From contig CAYUDC010000001.1 in the NCBI GenBank assembly GCA_964443415.1, positions 21,039 to 85,038 of the forward strand: a stretch of 64,000 nt of DNA, in the 5' to 3' direction. Within the stretch, counting starts at the first letter, position 1. Every line of letters begins with the position of its first letter. The stretch comes from an uncultured Chitinophaga sp. (GTDB taxonomy: Bacteria > Bacteroidota > Bacteroidia > UKL13-3). A model generated the notes under the pieces. That model ran no database searches. It was not told the origin of the DNA and worked only from the letters and a program-made list of their open reading frames with translations. A program made the translations under genes and the position numbers. Below are positions 26,760-36,801 of this stretch, in pieces.

Positions 26760-29639
26760 ATGAGCAAAAAAGCGCAAGCCAAAATAAACCCATCGGCGTC
26801 GGAGGTTTATAACGAGAATATAGAGATATTAGGTGCAAGAGAGCATAACCTAAAGAACATTGATGTGGTAATCCCAAGGAATAAGTTGGTTACCATTACA
26901 GGATTAAGCGGAAGTGGTAAATCGTCCTTGGCATTTGATACCATTTTTGCCGAAGGTCAGCGCCGCTACATGGAGAGCTTTTCTGCCTATGCCCGACAAT
27001 TTATTGGCAATATGGAGCGTCCGGATGTAGATAAGATAAACGGACTTTCGCCAGTGATTGCCATTGAGCAAAAAACAGTGAATAAAAACCCACGTTCTAC
27101 TGTGGGCACTATTACTGAAATTTATGATTTTTTGAGATTATTATTTGCTAGAGCAGCCGATGCCTACAGCTATGAAACAGGGGAGAAAATGGTGAAGTTT
27201 TCTGAGGAGCAAATCATTGGTTCTATCATAGAAAAGTTTGAGCAGAAAAAAATTTCCATTCTAGCCCCTTTGGTTAAAGGAAGAAAGGGACATTACAGAG
27301 AATTATTTGAGCAAGTTAGAAAGCAAGGATATACTAAGATTAGATTAGACGGAGCCATTGTAGATCTTACGCCTAAAATGCAGGCTGATAGGTATAAAAT
27401 TCATGATATTGAGTTACTCATTGATAGAATAGAAACTACCAAAGGCGCAAGATTTAGAATTTCTGAAAGTGTAAAAAGTGCCCTAAAAATGGGTAAAGGA
27501 ACCCTATTGGTTTTAGATAATTTATCCAACGAGGTATTTCATTACAGCAAGTTTTTGATGGATCCTAAGAGCGGAATATCTTACGATGAACCTCAACCGA
27601 ACAGTTTTTCTTTTAACTCGCCTTATGGTGCATGTACCGTTTGCGATGGACTTGGTGTAAAAAGTATCATTGATGAAAAATCTATCATACCAGACCCCAA
27701 ATTAAGTATCAATAAAGGGGCACTTTCACCACTGGGTGAAGCTAGAGACAACTGGACCTTCTTGCAATTAAGAGAATTGGCAAAAAGACATAAATTTTCT
27801 TTTGCAGACCCTATCGAAAAAATCAGCAGACAAGCTTTAGATGTTATCCTTTATGGCTCAGACGAACCCATTGTCATACCCTACCAATACAGTAGCGGAT
27901 ATACTCAAAATTACAATGCCACATGGGAAGGCTTGGTGCCATTAATCACTAGACATTTTCACGAAAAAAGCTATGATGCCATCTATCGTTGGGCAGAAGA
28001 ATTTATGGAGCTTCAACCATGCCCTGCCTGCCAAGGAGCGCGTTTAAAGAAAGAGTCCCTACATTATAAAATTGCTGATAAAAATATTGCAGAACTTGCC
28101 CAAATGGAAATTCATGCCTTGGGAGATTGGTTTGAAAACATTGAGGCAAAGTTAGACGAGAGGCAACTGGTAATTTCTACCGAAATTTTAAAGGAAATAA
28201 GAAGCAGAATTTCCTTTTTACGCAATGTAGGGATTGATTATCTTTCGCTTAATTCTCCGTCAAAAACTTTGAGTGGCGGAGAAGCTCAACGCATTAGGTT
28301 GGCTACCCAAATTGGTTCACAGCTTACAGGTGTTTTATATATTTTAGATGAACCAAGTATTGGATTACATCAAAGAGATAATGTTAGGTTAATTGATTCT
28401 CTTAAATCTTTGCGTGATATTGGGAACAGTGTAATTGTGGTTGAACACGACAAAGACATGATGGAGGAAAGTGATTTTATCCTAGATATTGGCTATGGAG
28501 CAGGGGTTCATGGTGGTCATATTGCAGCCAAAGGCACCATGCAAGATATCTTAAACTCTGATTCAATTACTGCGCAATACCTCAATGGTAAGAAATCAAT
28601 TGAGGTGCCTTTAAAACGAAGAGAAGGTAATGGAAAATCCCTCGTGTTATCTGGTGCTACAGGGAATAACTTAAAGAATGTTACAGTAAGTTTTCCTTTG
28701 GGCAAATTAATTGGAGTAACGGGAGTGAGTGGAAGTGGAAAATCATCCTTGATAAACGAAACTTTGTATCCAATTTTGCGCCAGCATTTTTATAATTCTC
28801 ACCAAAAACCCCTTCCTTTTAAAAGCATCAAGGGTTTAGAACATATTGATAAAGTAATTGAGATAGATCAAAGTCCAATTGGCCGAACACCACGCAGCAA
28901 TCCTGCTACTTATGTGGAGGTTTTTAGTGATATTAGAAATTTGTATGCATCACTACCAGAAGCCAAAATACGTGGATATAAACCAGGTAGATTTTCATTT
29001 AATGTCAAAGGCGGTAGGTGCGAAACTTGTCAAGGTGCAGGTATGCGAACCATTGAAATGAATTTTTTACCTGACGTATATGTAAAGTGTGAAACCTGTA
29101 ATGGTAAAAGGTATAACAGAGAGACTTTAGAGGTTAGATATAAAGGAAAAAGTATCAATGATGTTTTGGATATGCCCATTGAAGAGGCAGTGCATTTTTT
29201 TGAAAATACACCACATATCCTTCGTAAGATTGACGCTTTAAACGATGTTGGATTAGGATACATTACTTTGGGTCAACAAAGCACTACATTGAGTGGAGGT
29301 GAAGCCCAACGGGTAAAATTAGCCACCGAATTAAGCAAGAAAGATACGGGCAACACTTTTTATATTTTAGATGAGCCTACCACAGGATTGCATTTTGAGG
29401 ATGTAAGGGTTTTATTGGGCGTATTACAAAAGCTTACCGATAAAGGAAATACAGTTTTAGTGATAGAGCATAACTTAGATATTATCAAAGTAGTAGACCA
29501 TATCATTGATATTGGTCCAGAAGGCGGGAAACACGGTGGAGAAGTAATCGCTTTTGGTACCCCCGAAGAAGTGATTAAATCTAAGAAAAGCCATACTGCT
29601 AAATTCTTAGCAAAAGAGCTTAATTTAGGTCGCAATTAA
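26760..29639 (+). CDS. uvrA: Excinuclease ABC subunit A
   Basis: Two ABC ATPase modules (Walker A GLSGSGKSSL and GVSGSGKSSL, signature LSGGEAQR twice) with zinc-finger cysteines (CPACQG, CETCQG...CETCNG). Length is 959 aa. Confidence 0.95.
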   Translation: MSKKAQAKINPSASEVYNENIEILGAREHNLKNIDVVIPRNKLVTITGLSGSGKSSLAFDTIFAEGQRRYMESFSAYARQFIGNMERPDVDKINGLSPVIAIEQKTVNKNPRSTVGTITEIYDFLRLLFARAADAYSYETGEKMVKFSEEQIIGSIIEKFEQKKISILAPLVKGRKGHYRELFEQVRKQGYTKIRLDGAIVDLTPKMQADRYKIHDIELLIDRIETTKGARFRISESVKSALKMGKGTLLVLDNLSNEVFHYSKFLMDPKSGISYDEPQPNSFSFNSPYGACTVCDGLGVKSIIDEKSIIPDPKLSINKGALSPLGEARDNWTFLQLRELAKRHKFSFADPIEKISRQALDVILYGSDEPIVIPYQYSSGYTQNYNATWEGLVPLITRHFHEKSYDAIYRWAEEFMELQPCPACQGARLKKESLHYKIADKNIAELAQMEIHALGDWFENIEAKLDERQLVISTEILKEIRSRISFLRNVGIDYLSLNSPSKTLSGGEAQRIRLATQIGSQLTGVLYILDEPSIGLHQRDNVRLIDSLKSLRDIGNSVIVVEHDKDMMEESDFILDIGYGAGVHGGHIAAKGTMQDILNSDSITAQYLNGKKSIEVPLKRREGNGKSLVLSGATGNNLKNVTVSFPLGKLIGVTGVSGSGKSSLINETLYPILRQHFYNSHQKPLPFKSIKGLEHIDKVIEIDQSPIGRTPRSNPATYVEVFSDIRNLYASLPEAKIRGYKPGRFSFNVKGGRCETCQGAGMRTIEMNFLPDVYVKCETCNGKRYNRETLEVRYKGKSINDVLDMPIEEAVHFFENTPHILRKIDALNDVGLGYITLGQQSTTLSGGEAQRVKLATELSKKDTGNTFYILDEPTTGLHFEDVRVLLGVLQKLTDKGNTVLVIEHNLDIIKVVDHIIDIGPEGGKHGGEVIAFGTPEEVIKSKKSHTAKFLAKELNLGRN

Positions 29640-30036
29640 ACTGCCATCTGATGCCAAACTTATCGGTGAGCATGCCAAATCGGGCGCCCCAAAAAGTGTC
29701 TTGTAATGGCATTTCAATCTTACCACCCTCTGCTAGGTTTTTAAAAACATCATCCATAATAAAAACTTCAACAAAGCTCAAAGACATAGAGCTATTATGG
29801 GAAATGTTTGTTCCGGGTTGATCCGAACCGTGTATGCGGTTATTTTCGAAAACCAACTCGGCATGCATGAGTTTGTTTTCGTAACCTTTTGGAAACTCCA
29901 TAGGAGCACCTTCGTATTTGTTTTTTGAAATTACTTCGCCATTGAAAACCTTGGCATAGAAGTCAAAAGCAGCCTCGCATTGGCCATCAAAATTTAAGTA
30001 GGGAGCAAGTATCATAATTGTTTTGATTTGCTCCAA
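29620..30036 (-). CDS. VOC/glyoxalase-like PhnB family protein
   Basis: LAPYLNFDGQCEAAFDFYAKVFNGEV matches the PhnB-like N-terminus. The likely start is the second Met at 30015. The 3' end overlaps uvrA convergently by 20 nt. Confidence 0.6.
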   Translation of the reverse strand: MEQIKTIMILAPYLNFDGQCEAAFDFYAKVFNGEVISKNKYEGAPMEFPKGYENKLMHAELVFENNRIHGSDQPGTNISHNSSMSLSFVEVFIMDDVFKNLAEGGKIEMPLQDTFWGARFGMLTDKFGIRWQFNCDLN

Positions 30037-30086
30037 AACTGCAAATTAGAAAAGAATCTAACTATGAGATTAATCAGGATTAGCTT

Positions 30087-30821
30087 TTAGGAAGCATTGG
30101 CATGCATTTGTTCCTTTTCGTCGCTGTGGTCAAACCTATAACCGATTCCTCTGGCACTTTGAATAAACTCTGGTTGTTTAGGATCTTTCTCGAAGTATTT
30201 TCTGAGGGCTAAAATAAAGTTATCTATGGTTCGTGTATTAGGGATAACAGTATAGTCCCATACAACTTTTAGGATGTGTTCGCGACTTACCACCTGGTTT
30301 TTATTTTCGATGAGTAAACGCATCAACAACAATTCCTTTTTGGTTAGCTCAAAATTTCCGTTGGTGCCAAAAGCTTCGTGGCTTTCGAAGTTTATCCAAT
30401 TATTGCCAAAATAGAAAATCTTCGGAATTCTATTTTCTATGCTCACTTTTATTTGTTTGCTGCGTTCTAATAATTTATTGACACGCAGCATAAGTTCTTC
30501 TAATTCAAAAGGTTTGGTTAGATAATCGTCTGCACCTTTCTTTAGTCCAGCAATTCTATCTGCTGGGGTGTTTTTTGCTGATAAAAATAGCACAGGGATA
30601 TTTTGGTCGTACATGCGAATGTTCTCGCAAACCATTAATCCATCCATTTCTGGCAACATAATGTCGAGAATTACCAAGTCGAATTTCTGTTCTCTGAAGC
30701 TTTTTACAGCATCAGTGCCTGTTCCCGAAATATGCACTACATAACCTTCTAACTCAAGATTTAACTTGATGGCATGTTGTAGATGAACCTCATCCTCCAC
30801 TAACAAAATTCTATTTTGCAT
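30087..30821 (-). CDS. OmpR-family response regulator transcription factor
   Basis: REC domain (ILLVEDE...LVILDIMLPEMDG...K) plus a C-terminal winged-helix output (LTKKELLLMRLL...GIGYRF). I chose the ATG at 30821..30819 (MQNRILLVEDE) over the longer track ORF. Confidence 0.85.
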   Translation of the reverse strand: MQNRILLVEDEVHLQHAIKLNLELEGYVVHISGTGTDAVKSFREQKFDLVILDIMLPEMDGLMVCENIRMYDQNIPVLFLSAKNTPADRIAGLKKGADDYLTKPFELEELMLRVNKLLERSKQIKVSIENRIPKIFYFGNNWINFESHEAFGTNGNFELTKKELLLMRLLIENKNQVVSREHILKVVWDYTVIPNTRTIDNFILALRKYFEKDPKQPEFIQSARGIGYRFDHSDEKEQMHANAS

Positions 30822-31920
30822 CCGACTTAAATTTAATTTCAAACTTTGTACCTCTTGGCTCTGTAACCCCAATAGTAATCCTAGATTTATGCAGTTCAAC
30901 CAAGTGTTTCACAATGAATAACCCTAAACCCGTGCCTTTTGTTTTTCTGGTGTTTTCATCTCCACTTCTAAAAAACTTATTGAACAATAATTTCTTATCA
31001 TTTTCAGAAATTCCTGGTCCATTATCTGCAATAGACAGTGTAATTTCTTGATTTTTTGAATGAAGATTTACCCAAATTTCCACCTCTGGTCCGCCATATT
31101 TAACGGCGTTCGTTAACAAGTTACCCAAAATCATTTCCATGGCATTGGGGTCTGTTTTTAATAATATTTGCTCCTCAATGTCTAAATGAATTCTGCTTTC
31201 CATGTTTCTTGGACGTGCAAAATTTAAGACGTATTCTGTGCATAGTTCACTCAGATTTACATTCTGATATTGCAGTTGATAGGCCTTACTATCTAGTTGT
31301 GCAGATAGCAGAAGATTCTCTACTTGTGCTTGCAGTCTAGCTACCTCATCGAGTGAGTTATTAATAATTTCGGCAGTTTGTAGTTCATTAAGTTTACGCT
31401 TGCGCATGGTTTCTAGGTATAGCCTAACTGCAGTTAAAGGGGTCTTTAACTCATGCGTAATGGACAGTAAAAAATTTGATTGCCTTTTTTTAAACCCAAT
31501 TTCTTTTTTGAGACTCCTGTAAATGGTTAGAATCCCCCAGAATAGGAGCAGCATCATTACCGTACCTTCTAGGATGTACATCATCACCTTGCGCTGGTAT
31601 TTTTTTTCGATTTGTTCGTAACCTTCCCAGCTAGGTTTTATCATGAAATTTCGAAGTGGGTCAAACTTATCAATGATGATTAACTCTAATTGAGGGTAGT
31701 GCATCTGAAAATACTTTTTCATTTCAACCGAGTCGTAAAATAACTCTTGGTCTACAGCACCCTGAATGTCGAAAGTTGCCTTATAACTCTCGTTGTTGAG
31801 AATTTCAAAGTCTTTTTCAAAAATAATTTTAGAGCTGCGGTAATGCGCGAATGTCCACCAGCCAAATGCAGCTAAGATGTAAATACTTAATACAATAAAA
31901 ATTACTCCCGCCCTATTCAA
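30811..31920 (-). CDS. Sensor histidine kinase (two TM helices, HisKA + HATPase_c)
   Basis: H-box ITHELKTPLTAV, N-box LLTNAVKYG, G-box GTGLGLFIV. The apparent start codon is TTG. Its stop overlaps the response-regulator start by 11 nt. Confidence 0.85.
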   Translation of the reverse strand: MNRAGVIFIVLSIYILAAFGWWTFAHYRSSKIIFEKDFEILNNESYKATFDIQGAVDQELFYDSVEMKKYFQMHYPQLELIIIDKFDPLRNFMIKPSWEGYEQIEKKYQRKVMMYILEGTVMMLLLFWGILTIYRSLKKEIGFKKRQSNFLLSITHELKTPLTAVRLYLETMRKRKLNELQTAEIINNSLDEVARLQAQVENLLLSAQLDSKAYQLQYQNVNLSELCTEYVLNFARPRNMESRIHLDIEEQILLKTDPNAMEMILGNLLTNAVKYGGPEVEIWVNLHSKNQEITLSIADNGPGISENDKKLLFNKFFRSGDENTRKTKGTGLGLFIVKHLVELHKSRITIGVTEPRGTKFEIKFKSDAK

Positions 31921-31932
31921 CGTTCATACTTT

Positions 31933-32172
31933 TTAAAGTTCCCAAATGGTTTTTCTTCCCGGTCTTAGATAGTGTTTTAGGTTCAGCCAAAAAGCCATGA
32001 CCAGGTAAATAATAATTGGCGAGCCCATGGTAATAAATGAGGTATAGATAAAATACAGTCTAATAGTAGAGGATGAAATACCAAAGCGTTCACCTAGGTA
32101 ATTACATACTCCAAATGCATGTTTCTCTACAAAAAATTTAAGTTTATCCATTGACAATAATACTCGCACCAA
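31933..32172 (-). CDS. PspC-domain membrane protein
   Basis: FGVCNYLGERFGISSSTIRLYFIYTSFITMGSPIIIYLVMAFWL matches the PspC domain, a TM helix preceded by the conserved GVCxGLaexfgi stretch. Confidence 0.7.
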   Translation of the reverse strand: MVRVLLSMDKLKFFVEKHAFGVCNYLGERFGISSSTIRLYFIYTSFITMGSPIIIYLVMAFWLNLKHYLRPGRKTIWEL

Positions 32173-32174
32173 TA

Positions 32175-32708
32175 TTAATTATTTTTTTTCACAGTTTCAA
32201 TGTGCCAACCATCCTTTATTTTGTATTTTGGTTTGTCAGAGAAAAGAAGGTTCATTCCAATGTTAATACCAAGTCCAACGCCTAAAGAAATAGCTAGGTT
32301 TTTTCCATCACTGTAGGCATTTCTTTCGTTTAAGTCTTTAAGTAAAAACACCGCACTTAAGCCGGCGCTAATTCCTATTAGGCTTTTTAACATATTTGCA
32401 GAAGCAGACCGCCTTTTAAACGACTCAATATCTTTAAATTTAATTTCTTTCCAAGGGTTGTTACCTCCAGCAAATACAGTTGACATAGGGGAGTATGGAT
32501 GAACAATACCCACATACAACGAGCTATCGGTGACTCCTTGTAAAGTGTGTTTAAAAAATTCGGTTTGACCCAAATAACCTTTATAGCGAATAATTAAAAA
32601 ATCACCTGGTTTTGCTAAGATAGTTTTTTGTTGAACAGTATCTATGAATCTAACTGCCTCCTGAGAACGAGCGCTTAGGCCCAGTAGCATCAGCGAAAAC
32701 ACAATCAT
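32175..32708 (-). CDS. Hypothetical secreted protein with C-terminal glycine-zipper TM segment
   Basis: Signal peptide MIVFSLMLLGLSARSQ, using an internal Met start that avoids overlap with the upstream gene. The C-terminal GISAGLSAVF...SLGVGLGINIGMNLLF is glycine-zipper-like. Confidence 0.5.
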   Translation of the reverse strand: MIVFSLMLLGLSARSQEAVRFIDTVQQKTILAKPGDFLIIRYKGYLGQTEFFKHTLQGVTDSSLYVGIVHPYSPMSTVFAGGNNPWKEIKFKDIESFKRRSASANMLKSLIGISAGLSAVFLLKDLNERNAYSDGKNLAISLGVGLGINIGMNLLFSDKPKYKIKDGWHIETVKKNN

Positions 32709-32719
32709 TAATCCTTTGA

Positions 32720-33967
32720 TTAAAGATTTTCCTTTTTGAATAGTGGTTCGGTAAATGTGCATTGTAAACATTTTTTAGACTCGCAATAGTATTTCTTCAA
32801 ATGTAATAAAGCTTGAGAATCTTTGGCATTTTCTATAAATATTCCCATTTCTTTAAAAATTTTGATCACAGAAATATTTTCTGCTTCCATAGATTCTAAT
32901 AAACGAATGGCAATTTCTTCTTGTCCATATTTACCTTCAATTTTTCCGTAAGCAAATTTTATAGGGATGATTACATTGATGATTAAGCCGTCGTAGAAGG
33001 CAGATTTTACCCCACCTAAAAGGGCTCGTAAGGAAGTAATATCTTTAACCTCTATCGATTTTTTGAGGAGTTGTTTTTCATTACAAATAAGTTCGATTAC
33101 TTGTGCCATGCGTTTTTCGGGGAAGGAGGCTGGCCTATTCCCTTTATGCTTCCAAGCTGATTTATCCATAATAGGTAACTTCAGCAAGTTATTTAACTCT
33201 TTAAATTTTGATTCGCTGGCCTCTTCAAATTGGTTAAAATCTAAGCCAGAAACCCCTGCAAATAAACTAAGTAGCGTTGGTGGTTCTTCTCGGTATTTTT
33301 GGATCAAACCCCATGGTACGGACTTTATTAGTTGCTCCATAGGTAAATTGTTTAGGCCCATTCCTGCATATTGAAAAAGTAATTGAATGAGTAATTCTTC
33401 CCAATGGAATTTATTGGCTACTAATCTTTCTTCAATTAAAGCAAGTTTAAATTTGAGTCGCTCAATGATGAGTCTTTCAATAAAAATGCTAACTAATTCG
33501 GGTGCTGGTAGTACAAAAATGTTTTGGCAAGGTATTTTAGCCTTGCTCTTCATCAAAACATCAAAGTTTTCAAGCAATTTCTCGGGGATGAATGGCTTTA
33601 ATTCTAGGCTTGGAATAGGATTGCCAAATATATCATATACCTCTTCATCGTGCAGGTAAACAACATGCAAGATGATGTTTTGGTAGGCAGCATCTTGTTG
33701 GTGTTTGTGCTTGCGCCAATCACTACTTTTTACATGTACTTCTAGGTTACCTGCCCATGTAGTTCCATCTATTACAAGGCGAGCATCGTAAAAATCGGGT
33801 CCTTGGTGTGAATTTAAGAGACCTGTTTTAATTACCTTAATTTCTTTGCCACATTTGGTGGTAAGCGAATGGTTAAGCAGATATTTTCCTAGCCATATAT
33901 ATTGAAGTAGGTTTTCTGGTGGCAACTTTTGCATGATGCTTGGTTTATAGACCACATAAATAATCAA
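32720..33967 (-). CDS. DUF2851-like protein
   Basis: 415-aa cytoplasmic protein. The N-terminal ENLLQYIWLGKYL resembles the start of DUF2851 family members. An alternative start is the ATG at 33934. Confidence 0.4.
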   Translation of the reverse strand: MIIYVVYKPSIMQKLPPENLLQYIWLGKYLLNHSLTTKCGKEIKVIKTGLLNSHQGPDFYDARLVIDGTTWAGNLEVHVKSSDWRKHKHQQDAAYQNIILHVVYLHDEEVYDIFGNPIPSLELKPFIPEKLLENFDVLMKSKAKIPCQNIFVLPAPELVSIFIERLIIERLKFKLALIEERLVANKFHWEELLIQLLFQYAGMGLNNLPMEQLIKSVPWGLIQKYREEPPTLLSLFAGVSGLDFNQFEEASESKFKELNNLLKLPIMDKSAWKHKGNRPASFPEKRMAQVIELICNEKQLLKKSIEVKDITSLRALLGGVKSAFYDGLIINVIIPIKFAYGKIEGKYGQEEIAIRLLESMEAENISVIKIFKEMGIFIENAKDSQALLHLKKYYCESKKCLQCTFTEPLFKKENL

Positions 33968-34014
33968 ATAACAAAAAATAAGTTATTTTGCAACCCCACT
34001 TAAATCCAGTTTAT

Positions 34015-36549
34015 ATGAAAAAATTTTTACTTGCTTTTGTTTCTTTTGTACTTTTAAGTTTAGCAAGCTTTGGCCAAGCGGTATTGCCTACGGTTTGGAA
34101 TTTTAGTTCACCTGGCATCAGCACACCACCTGCTGGATGGACACTGGGTTTAGGTACCAATGGTAACCTTACTTACGCCTTTGGAATAGGAGATGCCATC
34201 TCTGCTAGATTAGATGCCACAGGTGAATTTATAACCATTCAGATAGCAGATAAACCAGGTGAATTAAGTTATTGGCTAAGCCCTCAAAATGCTGGAAATG
34301 CATGGGGTGGTCAGTTTGATATTCAAGAAAGCCCTAATGGTACCACATGGTCTACCATTCGTTCTATTACTACAAAAGCAACAACCTCTACCAATTTTAC
34401 TGGTGGCAGATACCTAGAGAATTTACAAACTACTACTAGGTTTGTTAGGTTTTATTATACCACCAAACTTCCTGGAGGCTCTGCTGGAGGTGGGAACATG
34501 GCGGTAGATAGCGTAATGATTAAACCAGCCCCAGCGCCACCAACACCAGGTATACAATTAAAGTTGGGATCAAATGTTCTGGTGAATGGAAATACAGTGA
34601 TCATTGGTAACAATGCCAATACGCAATTTAATTTAACAAACACAGGAACTCAACAATCACTCATTATTGATAGCGCGTCTTTATCTGGACTGAATGCATC
34701 CGATTTTAGCCTTCAAAATTTACCAGATACCATTGTTGCAACAAGCAGTAAAAACTTCTTACTAAATTTTACTGCTGGCGCACCAGGTACTCGCAGAGCT
34801 ACATTAACCTTATTTTCTAACGATCCAGATAAACCAACATTTAGAATATCGCTTTATGCCATAGGCGGAAGTTTGGCCTCTGAGCCTACTGCCCAAGCCT
34901 CGGCAATTAACTTTACCTCCATTAAATCTTATGCATTTAATGTTCAACTAGATGCAACTAGCAAACCTGCTGAGAAGTTTTTGGTGCTCAAAAAGCTTGG
35001 GTCAGACATTACCGAAACTCCAGCAGATGGCATTACCTATACAAAAGGAGACTACATTGGCAGTGCTCAGGTTGAGTTTATTTTAGATTCAAGTTTTAAC
35101 TGGACACCTAATTATATCCATGCCCAGAAGAATTATCATTATGCAGTGTTTAGCTTTAATGGTCCTGCTGGATTTGAAAATTATCTTACTTCCAATCCAT
35201 TAAAAGGAAGCGTAACTACAAGTGGTAGAACACCCGGAAATTATTATGCTGGGATTAACCCAGCAGCTACAAGTTTTGTGAGTGATTTAAGTGCTAGGAT
35301 CAACCCTCATGATACAATTTTTTATAGTAACTACATCTCTAGATTAGTAAATCCATGGTTGGCTAGAGACACTAGCGGTGGCAAAAAGGTAGTTACCTGT
35401 GTTTATACTGGGCATCAGTTTGTGTATTCGGAGCCATTTTTATGGGCCAGTGGAAACAATGGTGCTGTGTTAACGCGTGAGCATACTTGGCCACAAAGTT
35501 GGATGCCAAGCAACCAGGGTAATCCCGATTGGCCAAATGCACCGGGCACCAATAGAGAGTTACCAGAATACAATGATTTACATAATTTGTTTCCGGCCCA
35601 TCAAATAAATGCCAATGCCAGACGCAGCAATAATCCATTTCATGAAGTAGTAACGCCTAGTTATACTTCTCCAACTGGTTTTGGCATGTTGGGTGTAGAT
35701 AGTTTTGGCATTACCTCTTATGAGCCAAGGCCAGAACAAAAAGGTGATGTAGCACGAGCCTTGTTTTACATGGCAGTGGCCTACAATGGGGTTGGGTCAA
35801 AATCATGGTCTATTCCAAATCAGCAATCTTTAAATTTATTAAAACAATGGCATCAAATGGATCCACCAGATGATTTTGAAATTGCCAGAAATGAATTTAT
35901 AGCCGTAACGCAAAAGAATCGTAATCCATTTGTTGATTTTCCAGAGTGGGTAGAAAGAATTAATTTCAGAACCATGGCATATGTGCCAGGGGATAGTATA
36001 CCACCTATACCAAAATCAATTAACATTACCTCTCCTAAGGCAACAGATACCTGGAGAAAAGGAATGGCAGCTAGCATATCTTATACCTTTCAGAACATCG
36101 ATTCGGTAAATATATTTTTTAGTTCAGATTCAATGAAAACATGGACCAATATTGCTGGCAATGGCATAGCCCTGTCTGTTGCAAATAATCCTTTTGTATT
36201 TACACCCCTTAGCTATTTTGACCATCCAACAGGCATTGTGATAGTGAAAGACAAGTCTAGTAATACGGCAGATACCTCAAGCTATTTCTTATTAGAAACA
36301 AGTAATGGATTATTAAATACTATTGGTTCGACCCAAATATTAGCTTATCCAAATCCTTTTGAAAGCCTATTGAATGTAAGGATTAATCAAGCCGGTTTAG
36401 TTAATATTTTCTTAATTGATTTACAAGGAAAAGTACTTGTTCAAACCCATGAGCCTAGAGTTGATACGAGAGAAATTCCAAATGGAGTTTACATCTTAAG
36501 GGTTGAAACTGCTCAAGGCCTTTATTTACAGAAAGTTGTAAAAAACTGA
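34015..36549 (+). CDS. Extracellular endonuclease I (EndA/NucM/Vvn family) domain protein with T9SS type-A C-terminal sorting domain
   Basis: Signal peptide MKKFLLAFVSFVLLSLASFGQA. Three Endonuclease-I motifs appear in the conserved order: REHTWPQSW (EndA EWEHVVPAWQ), DLHNLFPAHQINANARRSNNPF (EndA DMHNLQPSVGEVNGDRGNF), and KGDVARALFYMAVAYN (EndA RGAIARTYFYMRDQY). The C-terminal LAYPNPFESLLNVRIN...GVYILRVETAQGLYLQKVVKN is a T9SS CTD. Confidence 0.75.
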   Translation: MKKFLLAFVSFVLLSLASFGQAVLPTVWNFSSPGISTPPAGWTLGLGTNGNLTYAFGIGDAISARLDATGEFITIQIADKPGELSYWLSPQNAGNAWGGQFDIQESPNGTTWSTIRSITTKATTSTNFTGGRYLENLQTTTRFVRFYYTTKLPGGSAGGGNMAVDSVMIKPAPAPPTPGIQLKLGSNVLVNGNTVIIGNNANTQFNLTNTGTQQSLIIDSASLSGLNASDFSLQNLPDTIVATSSKNFLLNFTAGAPGTRRATLTLFSNDPDKPTFRISLYAIGGSLASEPTAQASAINFTSIKSYAFNVQLDATSKPAEKFLVLKKLGSDITETPADGITYTKGDYIGSAQVEFILDSSFNWTPNYIHAQKNYHYAVFSFNGPAGFENYLTSNPLKGSVTTSGRTPGNYYAGINPAATSFVSDLSARINPHDTIFYSNYISRLVNPWLARDTSGGKKVVTCVYTGHQFVYSEPFLWASGNNGAVLTREHTWPQSWMPSNQGNPDWPNAPGTNRELPEYNDLHNLFPAHQINANARRSNNPFHEVVTPSYTSPTGFGMLGVDSFGITSYEPRPEQKGDVARALFYMAVAYNGVGSKSWSIPNQQSLNLLKQWHQMDPPDDFEIARNEFIAVTQKNRNPFVDFPEWVERINFRTMAYVPGDSIPPIPKSINITSPKATDTWRKGMAASISYTFQNIDSVNIFFSSDSMKTWTNIAGNGIALSVANNPFVFTPLSYFDHPTGIVIVKDKSSNTADTSSYFLLETSNGLLNTIGSTQILAYPNPFESLLNVRINQAGLVNIFLIDLQGKVLVQTHEPRVDTREIPNGVYILRVETAQGLYLQKVVKN

Positions 36550-36801
36550 GTCAATAGATTGTGATTTTTTTACAGTTTCAGTTGAATTGAATCAATGTCA
36601 AAACATTAATTTTTTCTTATAAATAGTATTTATTCCGATAAAATTTTCTAAATTTGATTATATGAACTTTGTTTATTCAAAAAAATTATTTTACCAAACT
36701 CTGATAAAACTTGATTATTGGAGGACCATGATTTGGAATGAATAGAAGCTATTTTTAGCCCTATTTCATTTGGTTTTTACATTTAAACAAATCTTTATTT
36801 T

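Noticed and set aside
28517-29635. Four short ORFs inside uvrA
   Set aside because: uvrA is continuous and diagnostic over 959 aa. These are chance antisense or off-frame ORFs.
30822-30899. 26-codon N-terminal extension of the response regulator in the ORF track
   Set aside because: The extension overlaps the kinase coding region. The conserved REC domain begins right after MQNR, so the ATG at 30821 is the parsimonious start.
33063-33659. Two plus-strand ORFs (103 and 90 aa)
   Set aside because: They are antisense within the 415-aa minus-strand gene. Both are Ser/Leu-rich low-complexity translations.
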